This document shows, one piece after another, positions 23,197 to 37,240 of a DNA stretch of 64,000 nt (position 1 is the first letter of the stretch; each line of letters begins with the position of its first letter). Source of the DNA: Tubiluchus corallicola (lineage: Eukaryota; Animalia; Priapulida). The stretch is from assembly GCA_030141605.1 (NCBI GenBank), contig JAQGDQ010000809.1, positions 1-64,000 on the forward strand. The letters run 5' to 3'. The translations under genes and the position numbers were made by a program. The notes under the pieces are model-generated. The model was not told the origin of the DNA, did not search any database, and was given only the letters and a program-made list of their open reading frames with translations.

Positions 23197-26100
23197 ATGC
23201 TTAGGTATTCGCATAGAAAAACCTTTTTTGTTTTCATAATCTGCGCTGCGTTTTGCATCTTGAGTATTATTACACGTGCGTTGTTCTTCGATGATGGCAG
23301 AAGTGAAAATGTCCACGTATCAACTCATGAAGGCTGCAGAGAATCGGGACATCTTGGAAACAAAAGCATCGTGACGCAATCTGAACTATATTCTATATCA
23401 AGGCAGCTAATTCCAGCTACTATGAACAGAGCACTAAGATGCTCTAATGTAAGTGATACAAATATAAAAAAAAAAAAAAAAACACCAAAAAACAAAACAC
23501 AAAAAACACAAAAACAACAAAAAAAAACACACCAACAAACCAAACAACATATTAGCACTCTTTGTCAACAATGCAGTTTCTAATATTTATTTTAATATCT
23601 TCTTTATCAATAAGCATGCATATTTCCTAATTTTTACGCACAAAAATGTGCACTTTTCATTTGACCTTGTTGTTTTCTTTGAAATTTAACTAACTAAATC
23701 TAACTTTTTGACATTACATCACTATATTTAAAGAGAACATTTATGCCGCAACGTTTGTACATAGTTGTGGATAGGAATCACAGGACAGTTTAATAATAAA
23801 CCTATAACACATGTGAACACTAATAAACCTATAACACATGTGAACACTAATAAACCTATACCACACGTGAACACTAATAAACCTATAACACACGTGAACA
23901 CTAATAAACCTATAACACACGTGAACACTAATAAACCTATAACACACGTGAACACTAATAAACCTATAACACACGTGAACACTAATAAACCTATAACACA
24001 CGTGAACACTAATAAACCTATACCACACGTGAACACTAATAAACCTATAACACACGTGAACACTAATAAACCTATAACACACGTGAACACTAATAAACCT
24101 ATAACACACGTGAACACTAATAAACCTATAACACATGTGAACACTAATAAACCTATAACACACGTGAACACTAATAAACCTATAACACACGTGAACACTA
24201 ATAAACCTATAACACACGTGAACACTAATAAACCTATAACACACGTGAACACTAATAAACCTATAACACACGTGAACACTAATAAACCTATAACACACGT
24301 GAACACTAATAAACCTATAACACACGTGAACACTAATAAACCTATAACACACGTGAACACTAATAAACCTATAACACACGTGAACACTAATAAACCTATA
24401 ACACACGTGAACACTAATAAACCTATAACACACGTGAACACTAATAAACCTATAACACACGTGAACACTAATAAACCTATAACACACGTGAACACTAATA
24501 AACCTATAACACACGTGAACACTAATAAACCTATAACACACGTGAACACTAATAAACCTATAACACACGTGAACACTAATAAACCTATAACACACGTGAA
24601 CACTAATAAACCTATAACACACGTGAACACTAATAAACCTATAACACACGTGAACACTAATAAACCTATAACACACGTGAACACTAATAAACCTATAACA
24701 CACGTGAACACTAATAAACCTATAACACACGTGAACACTAATAAACCTATAACACACGTGAACACTAATAAACCTATAACACACGTGAACACTAATAAAC
24801 CTATAACACACGTGAACACTAATAAACCTATAACACACGTGAACACTAATAAACCTATAACACACGTGAACACTAATAAACCTATAACACACGTGAACAC
24901 TAATAAACCTATAACACACGTGAACACTAATAAACCTATAACACACGTGAACACTAATAAACCTATAACACACGTGAACACTAATAAACCTATAACACAC
25001 GTGAACACTAATAAACCTATAACACACGTGAACACTAATAAACCTATAACACACGTGAACACTAATAAACCTATAACACACGTGAACACTAATAAACCTA
25101 TAACACACGTGAACACTAATAAACATATAACACACGTGAACACTAATAAACCTATAACACAGGTGAACATTAAAAATTACTCATGATAGCAGTGTCTAAA
25201 ACTGTCTTATCTTCGTTACTTAGCGTTTGTATTTTGTTTGGACAAATAATTTGTTTTAACTTTTTCAATTTTAATAATTGGTTTAAATCAGCTTATTTTT
25301 CTACAGGCAGGAATTCGCTACTTAGACAACTACAAAAATCCGTGTTTTTACGTTTCAAGTGAAGGTAAGATAAACAGACAAACAGAAATAGTGGAACTCT
25401 AAAACGTCTGGGAGTTGGAGTGGGAGTGGGAGCGGGAGTGGGAGTGGGCCTAGATACTGAGCAACATGTTTCTGTAAAGATGCAAAGACTGCAAAAACAT
25501 CACGTCGTGTTTTCACAACTGGCTGTTAAACTTATCAGTTCATGTTTGTTCACTCAGTTGGATTTAATAATGAATTAAAGATCTCAAATGAATGGCTCAG
25601 ATGTAACAAATTTGGCTGAATGTTGAAAACTAAAACTTCAGTAGCAGTCAGCGTGGCAGAAACATTTCACTTTGAACTTTAAACGTGCGCGAGTGTAATT
25701 GAGATCGTAGAATCATCATTATCAATTTCTTTCTTAGACTTTACTGCAGACGAACACCTCTCTTGGTACAATAATATTCAGTGGGTTAAACTCATTTCCC
25801 AGAAGAGCCTTATCTTAGAAAAGTTTTTTGGTCATAGACATTTTCGTCGGAAAATATTCACAGAAAAGTTTTTTGTCAGAAAAATCTGCTTCCGAGAAAA
25901 AAATCTTCACAGAACAGATTTTTCCTAGAATTGCCATTTCGCAGAAATTTTTTGCCAAGTCCGTCATTTCATAAAATAAAAAAATAAAATTTGCAGAAAA
26001 TGTAATAAATCGTTTTAAAGTTGAGTGAGATATTACGCAAAGAAAAGTTTGAGGAAAATATTGCCGTTTATTTCCTTTAATGCGTACTATTTGATGTGGA

Positions 26101-29100
26101 TCACATGTTCAGAAAATTTCAAACTGTTTAGTGGAAAGTAGATTTGTAACATCAGAACGATTAGGAGGAAGCCATGTAGATCTTTTTCACGTATGGGTAA
26201 ACTTGCACTAAATAATTGGCTTCAGTATAAATTAGCCGTAAACAGTCACAGAATCGTCTTGTTATTGCTGTTAATTTTATTGATGTAGCTGCTAACATTG
26301 ATTGCCAAGCTTTATCAACTTCATCCCACTTCTGATACCAGTTATATGACGACAGCCAAGTAGGATTGGATTAAAATTCGTGTTGTTACACCATGTCGTA
26401 GAGTTTGTCCCAAAACCGTGCAGTGATGCCACAGAATTGAAGAAGAAATTAAAAATAAACCTGCCAGCACTTTTGTCCTGCATCTTTCACACTGGCTTAT
26501 GGAACAGGTGCTGAGATCGTAACCACCCCTGCCCGTGCTGCTGCTGTGGAAGCTCTGCATATTAGACTACTTGTAGGTGATAGTAGGTACAGGCTTCGTA
26601 ATGGACAAAACCAGGACAGACCAGGGGTGCGGGTGAAAACATCAGTATGTAATTTATATATAAATGCGATTATAATGTTTCAAAATTGTGATCTGGGTTG
26701 AATAAAAAATAAAAATTAGTTGCACCTTAGTAGTAAATCCAACCAGCATAACCGAATTCGAAAACGACATAGTACTGCTCATTTTTCTTTTCAGAAAACA
26801 TGAAATTTTTGAGATGTCTGCCATATGTTTACCTAATCGGTGCTCAAAAATCAGGAACAACTTCGATTTACGAGATATTAGCAAAACATCCGGATTTCAT
26901 AACAAGTGGTTTAGGGAAAGAAGTTCACTGGTGGGAGAATTTCAGACTTACAAAACGTATTAATGTATTGTAATTATTTTGATTCTGAGAAAAGATATAA
27001 ATAGTTAATTTTGTTACATTGTGCAAAGTGTGATTTTTCCCTTGTTAATGTGATCCTCGTTTGCATAGTAACTCTGTAAAGATGTTCACTTCGCCGTGGT
27101 GTGGGTCACGTTCACGTAATGAGTGTTTAGCCAGTTTTTATATTGCGAACTGAAAATAAAGTTACTCTGTATTTTAAAATTTCATGATAAAACTGATGTC
27201 ATGGCAAAGATAAATGATGTTCTAACAGAAAAGAACTGATCCTAGCGCATCATATGCAAGCAATGTCCACGCTTATTGTTCGTCTGTGTATTTTACATGC
27301 GAGTAAAACGTGCGTGTATTCCGGACTAACTCTCGACAAGCAATAGCTGGCAAAATAATGTTTCTGCACCAAGAAATGGAAATGCATATTACGTTCGAGC
27401 AATAGCATTTGCAGTTTATTTAAATGTTGATGATGTTTTCTTATAGAACACGAGCTTATGGCGAAAAAGAAGTCAGGATTTCTACCTAAGCTTAAGTTTT
27501 CAAGAAACAATCTTTAATTATTTTGCAGGTAAAAGTGTTTCTCTCTATAGTAGGCTTATAGATTAACAGTACTTAGACAAGTCGTGCAATTTGTAATCAT
27601 AGCCACATTATGAGAACTGGCAAGACTTCGCGTGTAGTGTGTGATTTTTTTATACGGCTTGGCAATCTGTAGATCCATATTTAGCATTACTCATTACACT
27701 GGCGTTTGTGGCATGACCAGTAGGTAGCTAGTTGTCAAGGATAGTCCTCTAAGATGAATTCTGTAACACTAGAGGTTTTAGCTATGTTCACGTGTATACA
27801 CCTGTACCAGCGATGTAGCTGGAGGCAGCATCACAGAAGAAGTCATCAATAAACAATAAATGCCCTGCCATCATTCAAAAATTTCCTAGTGTCCGTGTTG
27901 CCTAATTTAGGTCGCTAAGTTCACTTTGTCAGAAAATTGCGCTAATGTTAATTTACTTTAGTTTGGCTTAGTTGACTACCTTCTGCAATGTTTGTTACTG
28001 ACTGGTCTATGGTCTGCGGCCATAGTGGTAGTTCTAAATGGTGCGTCGTGTTTTAGTTCAGAATTCATATTAGAATAGTTATTTCTATCTGCATCAGCTG
28101 AACATCGGTTCGAACTGCAAACCAAATAAGTTCAGTTTTATCAATTTACTAATATTATTAACTAAAACTACTTTCCAGACCATACCTCATTTTGATTTAT
28201 GGTGTAAAATATATACATGATTACTGTACACAGTATCTAAATCCTTCCGATCATTAAATGTGATCTATTCCGTACTTTAGTTTAACTAACAGCCAGCAGT
28301 ACTGAACTGACAATGACGTCACTGCTATATACAGTTTTCCAGCAGAACGTTTTATAAGCGATTTGCACTTTGGAAACTATACGAATTTAGGCTTGAGAAA
28401 TAAAAATTCTGTAGTGTGAATTATTCTTAATAGGGTAATCGTTTTCCTTTCAACATTTTGGATGGTTGATAAATTTCGAGCTGTTGAGTGCTGCTTGCCC
28501 TTAACGAGAATTAGTTTCAGATTAACTTTGATTATTTTTGACCTGAATTGTTGGTGATCTTTGGCAAGAAAAGCCTGTTATGGCACAAAAAACAGGTGCT
28601 GTACCTCTCAGTTCAGATGTGTTAGTTTGCGACGAACTACACACGTTCGACAGCTCATGAAATTTAAATTTTTATCTTAAAACTTGCCTAGTTTTAGTGC
28701 AACACTCTGAATATCTTACAGTAACACTGTACTTGAGTTTTCGCTTTCACAAACACGAGCAACAAGCTCGCCTGGAATATTTTTGCTGATGAAAATTATG
28801 TTAGTTTGTGATGTCATCAATAGTTGGGCTCGCACGCCGTTAATTAAGTTTTTAATCAATTATTTTATTATCAGAAACACTTTTGCAGTATTAATTGTGT
28901 TAAAATGTATACTTTTTATCGGATTTGAAAATGGGGTACTATATGAAAAATCATCATCCGTCTTACTTGAAACTTTACTCTCTTTTTATTTGAACAGATT
29001 CAGGTCATGGGAATACAAGTTTTGAGCAATATTTGAATGTTTTTGAACACGCGAGCAAAGAAATAGAAAAACAGAAGAATGTGGAAGATTCATTTCACAC

Positions 29101-32100
29101 CAAATTCACAGGTATGCCAGAAAAATAAGTTGCACATCTTTTTATCTTATTAATTGTACAGAGTGAAATCTCGTCAGAGAATCGTTGTATTTGATGGATG
29201 TGTCTAACCTGAAGCAGGCAAGCGTCGCTTTATGACTTAATGCTACACCAAATATTACAGGAAGTCCATCACAACGAAATTCACAAAGCAATGCATTCAT
29301 TGATTCACTGATTACACGGCATCAGTTTCTTCAGAGACTTTTGGGAACTTCCTCTAGAATAAGAATAGGTGTATCTACCATGTTCCGGTACCATGTTCCG
29401 CGTTATAAGTTGTATCGCTTGGATGAAAGATTACAGTTTATTTTTGATTAATGTAAAAATGAGAGGTACATATAGGTTATGATCGTAAATCAGTGACATC
29501 ATAGCGAACAGGCAACAGTCAAAACGCTGCATAGATTTTGCTCTTGTCGAATGATTTGATAAATAATCCAATTCGTATTCCTAAAGTTTTCTCAAAGCCA
29601 GTGAAATAACCAGAGCTTTCTGGGAATATTTTTGGGTATTCTTACCGATGATGCAACTAACCACTTGTTTGTAACTGTTTTTAAAATGACAAACCTGATG
29701 TAAATAATGTAACTCAGCCACCCAGAAGAAACATTTTACTAGCCAGTTTGCTAAACAGTACAGACTGTAAATAGTTTATTAGCCTGAAGGTAATGTGCGT
29801 CAATTGCGTGAAAATTATTTAAATTTCTTATTAAATTGATTTTGGTGGCTGGAAAACTTAATCAAAATTAGCTGAAAATGCTAATAAACATTTGTTTTAA
29901 TAAATATTACACTGTAAAACATGCTAAACATTTAAAAATGCAAAAACTTGCACACCCCTTTTATTTGTTCCTTGCTTGACTCAAATTAGAAACTGCATTG
30001 CTAATATACTTTAGTATCATTTACAGATTATAAAGTGTTTAGATCTTTTTTGAGTCATTAACAGTACAGGTACCCCTATGTTAATTTAATTGTATTTCAG
30101 CACTATGTGAAGGCCCGTGGACTTTCCCTACCAGTGGACAACCCTGATTAGATAGGTGTAAATGAGGCATTATAGTGACCAGGCCCACTAAACAGGTGGT
30201 CAGCCGGGGCGGCGCCCGGGCTCCATGAGTTGAGGTGGGGCTCACAAACCAAAGGAGGAAAAAAAACGACGGTGTACCTTGACCAATGCAAACAAGATAA
30301 AATGTGTGCTTGTTAAACCAAAACCGTCCATAAGTCGGCAGTTGAAAACCACGTTTTCCTGCTTCAAAGTAGAATGTACCAAAAATTCTGTCAAATATCA
30401 ATTTTTTGTTTTTTATAAAAACAAACACTAAATGTATTGGCCTTATATATTCTATTATCAAATCGTCTTTAAAATGTTAGAGAAATACTGAAAATCTAAG
30501 TTTGTATCACCTTACCGACTTCTCTGCCTAAAAACTGGACTGCAATTGTGGAGTATCATTATTTGGAGAACTGGAGGAGGAGTCCAAGTTTCCTTTTGCC
30601 CTGGAGCGCAGCAATTCTTTTGGCGACCCTAATAGTGACGCAAGGGCAATAATTATCCCATTATGTAGTACTAACGTTCGACTTCGTAGTAAGTGGTATT
30701 AGTCATGTAAGATTCTTTTTTGACGTTTATTATCTAAGGTAAATGAACTTAATGTTTTGGCTTTTTCTTAAAGTGGCCGCACAGAACATGGAAGCAACAG
30801 ATTTTGCATTTAGATACAGAATGATGCCTCAAAATTGCATAATGATCACGAGAACTCTTATTTTGCTGATTTTAAATTGCAGGAGATTTTACACCCAACT
30901 ATATTTCCGATGAAAGAGCTCTTGGCGTGAATCAATACATAGCTGATGACATACACTGGTTAACCCCATCTGCAAGGCTTATTGTCATTTTGCGAAATCC
31001 AACTGATAGGTATGAACCTATATATGTATAATTTTTATTCGTACTCGTGATACAATCACATCAAATAAACAAAGAGATCAACAAACAAAGTAACATTAAT
31101 TAACAAGATTAGTAAGCAACGCGAATATATACAATTAAGTGAGAGTAAAATATGTTAGTATGGCGTACAACTCATTCCAGTCAAAAAATCAAAACAGTTA
31201 CCTTCTAGAGCCCATATAACTTCCTTAATGAAATTTACAGTCTGTATTTGTTCTTTGCTACCATTACTTCTTACATCTAATGAACAGTAAAAAACTTTAG
31301 AAAAAAAAATTTAATTTGTGTAAAAAGATTTGAACTTATTACAAATAGATAACAAATTATAACTTATCATAGCAGACTCATGAAATCGGGAATTATGTGC
31401 AAAGAAATTGGCAATATGATTTTCGCTATATGTAAGCAACTGTGGTAAAATTTAACAAATCGTTTCTGTAACTGTTAAGTGGGGGAACAATATCACGTAT
31501 AAAAGGAATATAGAACAATATCACATGTGTATATATATATATATATATATGCGTGTGTATCATGGGTATGGTCACCTTGAAGAAGGTGACTTTATAGTTA
31601 CCTACAAGTTGGATGGATCTGTGCACAATAATTACTGTGTTTCAGAAAAAAAGTAGTCATTGAATTCAGTGGCAAAGTCGGGTATGCGGGTTTGACGATC
31701 TAATTCTAATACAAACCCCCACTTTCAGAACCTAATAGAAATGCTACAGCCGTGGAAAATGGTGATTATTAAAGTAGTTTCACGTCGTTTATCGAGGATG
31801 CGTTTATCGTCTAGAAACTCAAGTACTTAGTTTTAACACAATTTTGTTATGGGATTGGATCAGACAGTTTGAACAACATGATTTAGGAACCTCACCACAA
31901 CAAACTATATACGCTATTTGCAAAAACATTTACAGTAAGAATTGACTACATCTACGCTAGCTGAAAAGTATTACAATATTACGTTAGATATTAGTACCAA
32001 ATGATAGTTAAAAATATTAATGTAGGAATATTTAAGACTGGCGTATCTCATATCAGATAGAAACTACTGGAAGTGTTTAGTACGTAATATAAAGTCATGT

Positions 32101-35100
32101 ATACATTGGAATATTTTACAGTTAGCAACATAGTTAAATTCATCTTTTCCGGATAATAACAACTTCAACAGATCATTAGTTCCTAAGGCAGCTATATTAA
32201 GGTTTTCAGGCAGCAGTTTCATTTAGTTTATTAAACAGAATAACCCTAGTTTGTTGACACAATGGGCAGTGCAACAAAAAGTGTTCAACAGACTCAAATA
32301 CACAGTTACCTTTCGGCAATATTGGATGACCGTTATTATCTTTACAGCCTTTAGAGAAAAGGTCATAGTTCAGCTGAGAAAATCCGATTCTTATGCGCGT
32401 ATGATGCACAGAAATTGGCGGTTTACCAAATGAAAAATGCTTCTTACGCCGTGAAAAACCCAAATGAGTTTTGAGCTCTCGTTTGAAATGTGAAATGGAT
32501 GTAATTTCACGAATGTTCTGTGGCAAGTTGTTCCACATGTTAATTGTCGATATGAAAAATGATTTTTCGCAGCTGACAGAACGGCAGTTAAAATTTCTGT
32601 ATTTAGTACCACTGCGTACATAATAGGGGGTAACTTCGTTTACCTTTGGTGGCAGAGTTGCACTTAAATAGTGTGGCGTTAAGAATTTGATTATTTTGAA
32701 AAAAGACGACATGGGCGATGATAATGAAAGCGTGTCCCTACTTTAGTGAAGCCGCTGTCAGACAAGATGCTTGCAGGGGAAGATCAAAACATAGCGCCAG
32801 AACAAATTCTAGCAGCAGATTGCTAGGTATTTTCTAATAAACGTATACTGTTTTCACTGCATCCTGACCGTACTAGGTTGCCATACTCAATAGCATGAAA
32901 ATTAGTCGTAATGAATCATCGCTCGCGCGTAACTCTGGGCATATTAACTGACATACGTCGAAAGTTGTTTAGCTTAAATTACTTTGTCTACAATTTTTGA
33001 GACGTGATAGTTCCAGTTCAGATCATATGTAAGATGGATACCTAAGTGTTTTTGAACATTTACTGTTTTCAGTAGAGTATTAGATAAATATAGAGTGGGA
33101 TATTGAGGAACTTTGGATTTAAGGGAGAAAAGCATGACTTCGGTTTTATTTGTTTAGATCATGTATGGGGAAACCACGGAACTGTCAGCAACAAACGCTT
33201 ACTATACAGTGTTAAACAGAAACTCCAATACGTATATCTTAAAAAATGGAAAGAAGGAATTAAAAAAACACACAGCACTAATGACAACGATGGAAACAAA
33301 TTAAGAATCTACTACAAAGTTAAAGAATGCTACGAATTAGAAAATTACTTGCAAATTAATACTGTGACCTACAATGCTAGAATTGCTTTCACGAAATTCC
33401 TACTGAGTTCCCACTATCAGTTCCTACTGACTAGCAATAAAAACCGGTAGACATCATAAACTTAACAAAATACCAGCCAATAAAAGATACTGTATGCAAT
33501 GCGACCCAAACAAACAAGGAATAGAAGACGAAACCCATTTGCTCTTGCACTGTCGTAGATACGAACAACTAAGAAATACCCTTAATACGGAAATTAGCTC
33601 TATATATCCAAAGTTTACCTACTGATTAGATGATGACATACTAAAATTACTAGTATGCTCAAACGATTGAGAATTTCTCCAAATTGCTTGTAATTTTGTT
33701 TTAAAATGTGTCAGTTTTCGAATGTAATTGTTATAAATTGAAAATAAATGAACTATGTATATATAACTAACATCACGCATGTAAACTAAATACTACATGT
33801 GTATGCAACTATCTTAAATTTATGTTTATGTATATTCACGTTGTACCATTAGGTTAATACATCAAAGTTTGATGTTGTGTCTTTGGTTTAAATTGTTGAA
33901 TTTTTTCAGATGTTTATTAAATAATCCAAAGTGTGGAATTTAAAAGTCTATTGGGTATTTGGCAGGAATAACTTCTTGAATGTGTTGGGTGTGTCAGCAT
34001 GGCAAAGGCAAGCTTGTATCTGTTGAGATGGCAGATGAACCTCGCATTTCCTCTGTGTTGTTCTAAGACAAATTATCAACTACCCTGTTTACGATTATCA
34101 GCTTGTATTCGGTTTGCATTAGAAAATTCAGCACTATAAAAGAATAACGTTTTTAACTCGTTTAGATTGTTTGACTGTTTGTAATAATCCCATTCACTTC
34201 ACATAGACTCATTTCGTGGTATGGCAGCAACTTGGCTCCGGATTCCATCACTCCACAAAAAATTCATGAAGACATTGAGAAGGGAATTGCCGCTTATCGC
34301 AATTGCACCACGATAATGAAGCCAGACAGTTTCGAGAAATACCCATGCGTCTATAATAAAAATTTTAGAATTCAGGTATTTCTGCAAAAGGTTATTTATG
34401 AAATCATTACGCGAATATGAAATTATATTATAATGGACTGAATTCGACTTGGCTCGAGACTCAGTGAGTCGAATTCCAGGATAGCACGGTGGTCTTTAAA
34501 TTCGGTATTATGTTGGTTCATTTTGTATACTTGTTTTCTACTGTATTTATTTAACTAATGAAATTCTCTTAATTACAAATGCTATCTAAATTAGTAATTA
34601 ACTATTTATGAACTAACTGCATATACCTTTTGTAACAAGTCATCTAGCACACACAAATGTCACAAAATAGAACACTAGAATAACACTATAACAAGTTTTA
34701 TTGTCCGCATTAATAACAAAAATAGGAAATAAAATACACAGAAAACACTAACTTAAGTAAGTGTTTGGAGCACCTGTGTCAGAAATCCAGGCTGTAGTGA
34801 CCTCTACGCGCTTTTACACTGGCATTCCAGGTCAGCTGGCTTCTCACACCACGTGTAGGCACAAACAAGACGTCTGGATCTACAAGGAAGAGATGAGTCG
34901 CTGCTGACGTGGAAGCAGGGCGTGCAGAGGATACCTGATCCGACAACAGGTGCCTCCGTAACAATATGAAAACCGTATTTTATAAAAACGCAGTAGCTTT
35001 GCAAAAAGTCATGCGTCAGCAATTTTTTTACTGGTTTATTTACCATATTTGTTTATTCATTTGTTAATTTATTATTATTTTTTTAGGTTATTCGGATCTT

Positions 35101-37240
35101 TATTCGTACTTCTTCGTTTGTTTTCACAAACTTTTTCATCATTAATTTGTGCATTAATTCGTTCGTTTAGATCGTTTCTTTTAAGGAACATTGTTCAAGT
35201 CAAAGCATTTTATAGGGATATGTTTTTGTGTGTTTGACCATTGTTGTTTGTTATAGGCTATTCAGTTTATTCAATACAGTGTTTCTTGACAGCTGCATTA
35301 TTTTGCCTTGCCATTATATTGCCTATCCTAGCTCTGCCTTACTTTCTACGCTCAACATGCGCTGGGCTGCCTTGCTTGCCCTTGGTTTGTGTTGTATTAC
35401 CTGACCTTGCTTTGTCTCTCCTGTCTTATCTCGCCTTCCCTTCCCAATTGCCTTGCCCTGTACTCGAGGTCTTGAATCGCTGCTACCTGTGCTACCTTCT
35501 CATCTAACTTTGCGTCACTTTTGGCTAACGTCACGTTAAAGACGCTATGAACAAGCCCTAAAATTTTGATTTTTACCTCATTCTGGTTTAATTCTTTTTT
35601 GACATACTCTCTCTTTTCTACACAGGGCCGTAGCATGTACAAAGGTTGCTATGTGGCATATCTACGGCATTATCTGCGTGTTTTTCCTAGAGATCAGATA
35701 CTGATCCTCCGCTTTGAAGACACAATAAAAGACTTTCAGTCCACGATTCAGCGAATCTACAAGTTTTTAGAACTAAAAGGTGAAAACGTTATCAGGTCAA
35801 TACAAAGTTTTGCTGCACCTATAAAATGAAAACTTCTGTTACAAATGAACAAAAATGCGCACATTTAATTCGTTTAAATATTTTCCTTTTTATAGGCATT
35901 TTTATTTTTCCTTTACACTAAAGGTTTTATGTCATATTTGTTGCACTATGCCGTGAGACTTGATCTTGATCTTGTAAAATAAGTTAGGAGATGCGGGAAC
36001 GTTAGCATGTTTTGCCCAACTAAAGTTACCATCCAAAACTATCATGTTTTCTAGAAACACCAGTTTACCATCTTGTACAAGATGAAATAAAACAGATTGT
36101 ACAAAAATATCAAGTAACAATGTAAAACATAAAAGTACAGTATTGCTGAATCAATAATGGATTTTTGAAGCCCTCGGTATTCCATATTCGTTTGTCTCAC
36201 TATCATGAGCCAGCAGTCTTGAGAGGTGTGATGGGAGCAGATGGGGTCTAGAAACTCACTCGACTTGAACACCGATGAATATATATAGAGACTGTGGTGA
36301 AGGGCAGAGTGGGAGCTAAAATGATCCTAGACCATAGCTATCAATTTGATGGGTATTCAAAAGAGAAGCTTATGAGACATCTACAGGATGTGTTGGAGGA
36401 CCTTGATTTTGGCTCTGATCTCTTTAAGTCTCCGGTTGTGCGAGACGCGCGAAGCTTGCAAACTACATAAGAAAGAATACTAACTAATAAGCCTTTTCAC
36501 AGTTTCTTTATGTGCACGCGCAGTTACTGTAAGTCAAAGGTTAAGTGTACCACAGCAACGCGCCTTAAATACATCCGTCACTTGACATGTGTGAAAACCA
36601 AAGTCTACTAAACCAATGTTCAGTAACTTCAGTTGTTTTACGTGGACTTTCCATAACATGCATTGGTCTGTGAATAGAATGATTTACTAGCAGGATATTG
36701 CTTGGGAACAAGAAAAAATGAACTTGGAAAGGTTCTAGCTAGTTGTTAAAACTGTTACTATTACAGCAGCTTGGGCTGCGAGGCGTTGTCAAGTGCACAC
36801 AAATTCGTTGTGTGATACAATTAACCTTTGAACTTTTCACGATCATCATCAATCACTGGAACTGTCAAAAGGCTTATCCAACAATACTTTAATGTAACAA
36901 TTGGTTGTGTGCTATTCGAATCCTTGCAACGGTTATATTTTATCCTGTAGTAAGCTCTTTGGTTGCAACCTGGACAACCTATCCACATTACCTGTTGTTA
37001 TGACTTACCAAAACTTTTCTGACTCAACAGGTATTCGTTGCAACGAGTGGTTCTCACCAAACACATTTTATAAAATTTCTTTTTTTAGATAACAATGTGC
37101 AGACAGTAAGGGCAAACAAGTTCAGAAGGAAGGTGAATTTGTTTAATTCTACCAGGCTGTTACTTGACGATTTCTATTCTTCATTTAACAAAGATTTAGC
37201 TGAGCTGCTGGGTGATGAAATGTGGCTTTGGAAACAGTAA
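23197..37240 (+). CDS. CHST15: Carbohydrate sulfotransferase 15-like (GalNAc4S-6ST family) type II membrane sulfotransferase, ~395 aa, 8 coding exons
   Basis: Exons 23197-23448 (TM anchor TFFVFIICAAFCILSII), 25307-25364 (YLDNYKNPCF), 26795-26956 (LRCLPYVYLIGAQKSGTTSIY..KEVHWW; 5'-PSB), 28998-29111 (FEQYLNVF), 30883-31009 (GDFTPNY..LIVILRNPTDR; 3'-PB), 34207-34375 (LISWY), 35626-35779 (GCYVAYLRHYLRVFPRDQILILRFED..IYKFLEL), 37089-37240 (LLDDFYSSFNKDLAELLGDEMWLWKQ*). All GT-AG, phases consistent, 1188 nt. The symbol denotes family, not proven orthology. Confidence 0.92.
23795..25170. repeat. 27-bp minisatellite (~51 near-identical copies) in the first coding intron of the sulfotransferase
   Basis: Unit AATAAACCTATAACACACGTGAACACT. 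Confidence 0.97.
30180..30631. mobile_element. Degenerate hAT-type MITE
   Basis: Identical 8-bp flanks ATAGTGAC (30172-30179 and 30632-30639); decayed termini CAGGCCC... and ...GGCGACCCTA of the CAGGGCCGCC/GGCGGCCCTG class. Confidence 0.65.
32206..33070 (-). mobile_element. LINE (non-LTR) ORF2 C-terminal remnant
   Basis: KHLGIHL-like motif near 33050; ORF 32206-32712 with SFFISTINMWNNLPQNIR..SHFKRELK..TRIRIGFSQLN..ESVEHFLLHCP. Confidence 0.85.
33100..33730 (+). mobile_element. LINE ORF2 C-terminal remnant (second family)
   Basis: NKLRIYYKVKECYELENYL..RIAFTKF..SSH, then frameshifted ..RYCMQCDP..IEDETHLLLHCRRYEQLR (CCHC-type C-terminus). Confidence 0.8.

Noticed and set aside
23728-25186. Three 464-480 aa ORFs (VFTCVIGLL, HVNTNKPIT repeats)
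   Set aside because: Stop-free translations of a 27-bp minisatellite inside an intron of the sulfotransferase gene.
34631-34962. Possible minus-strand solo LTR (TGTTAC...GTTACA with AATAAA)
   Set aside because: No matching TSD found; too uncertain to call.
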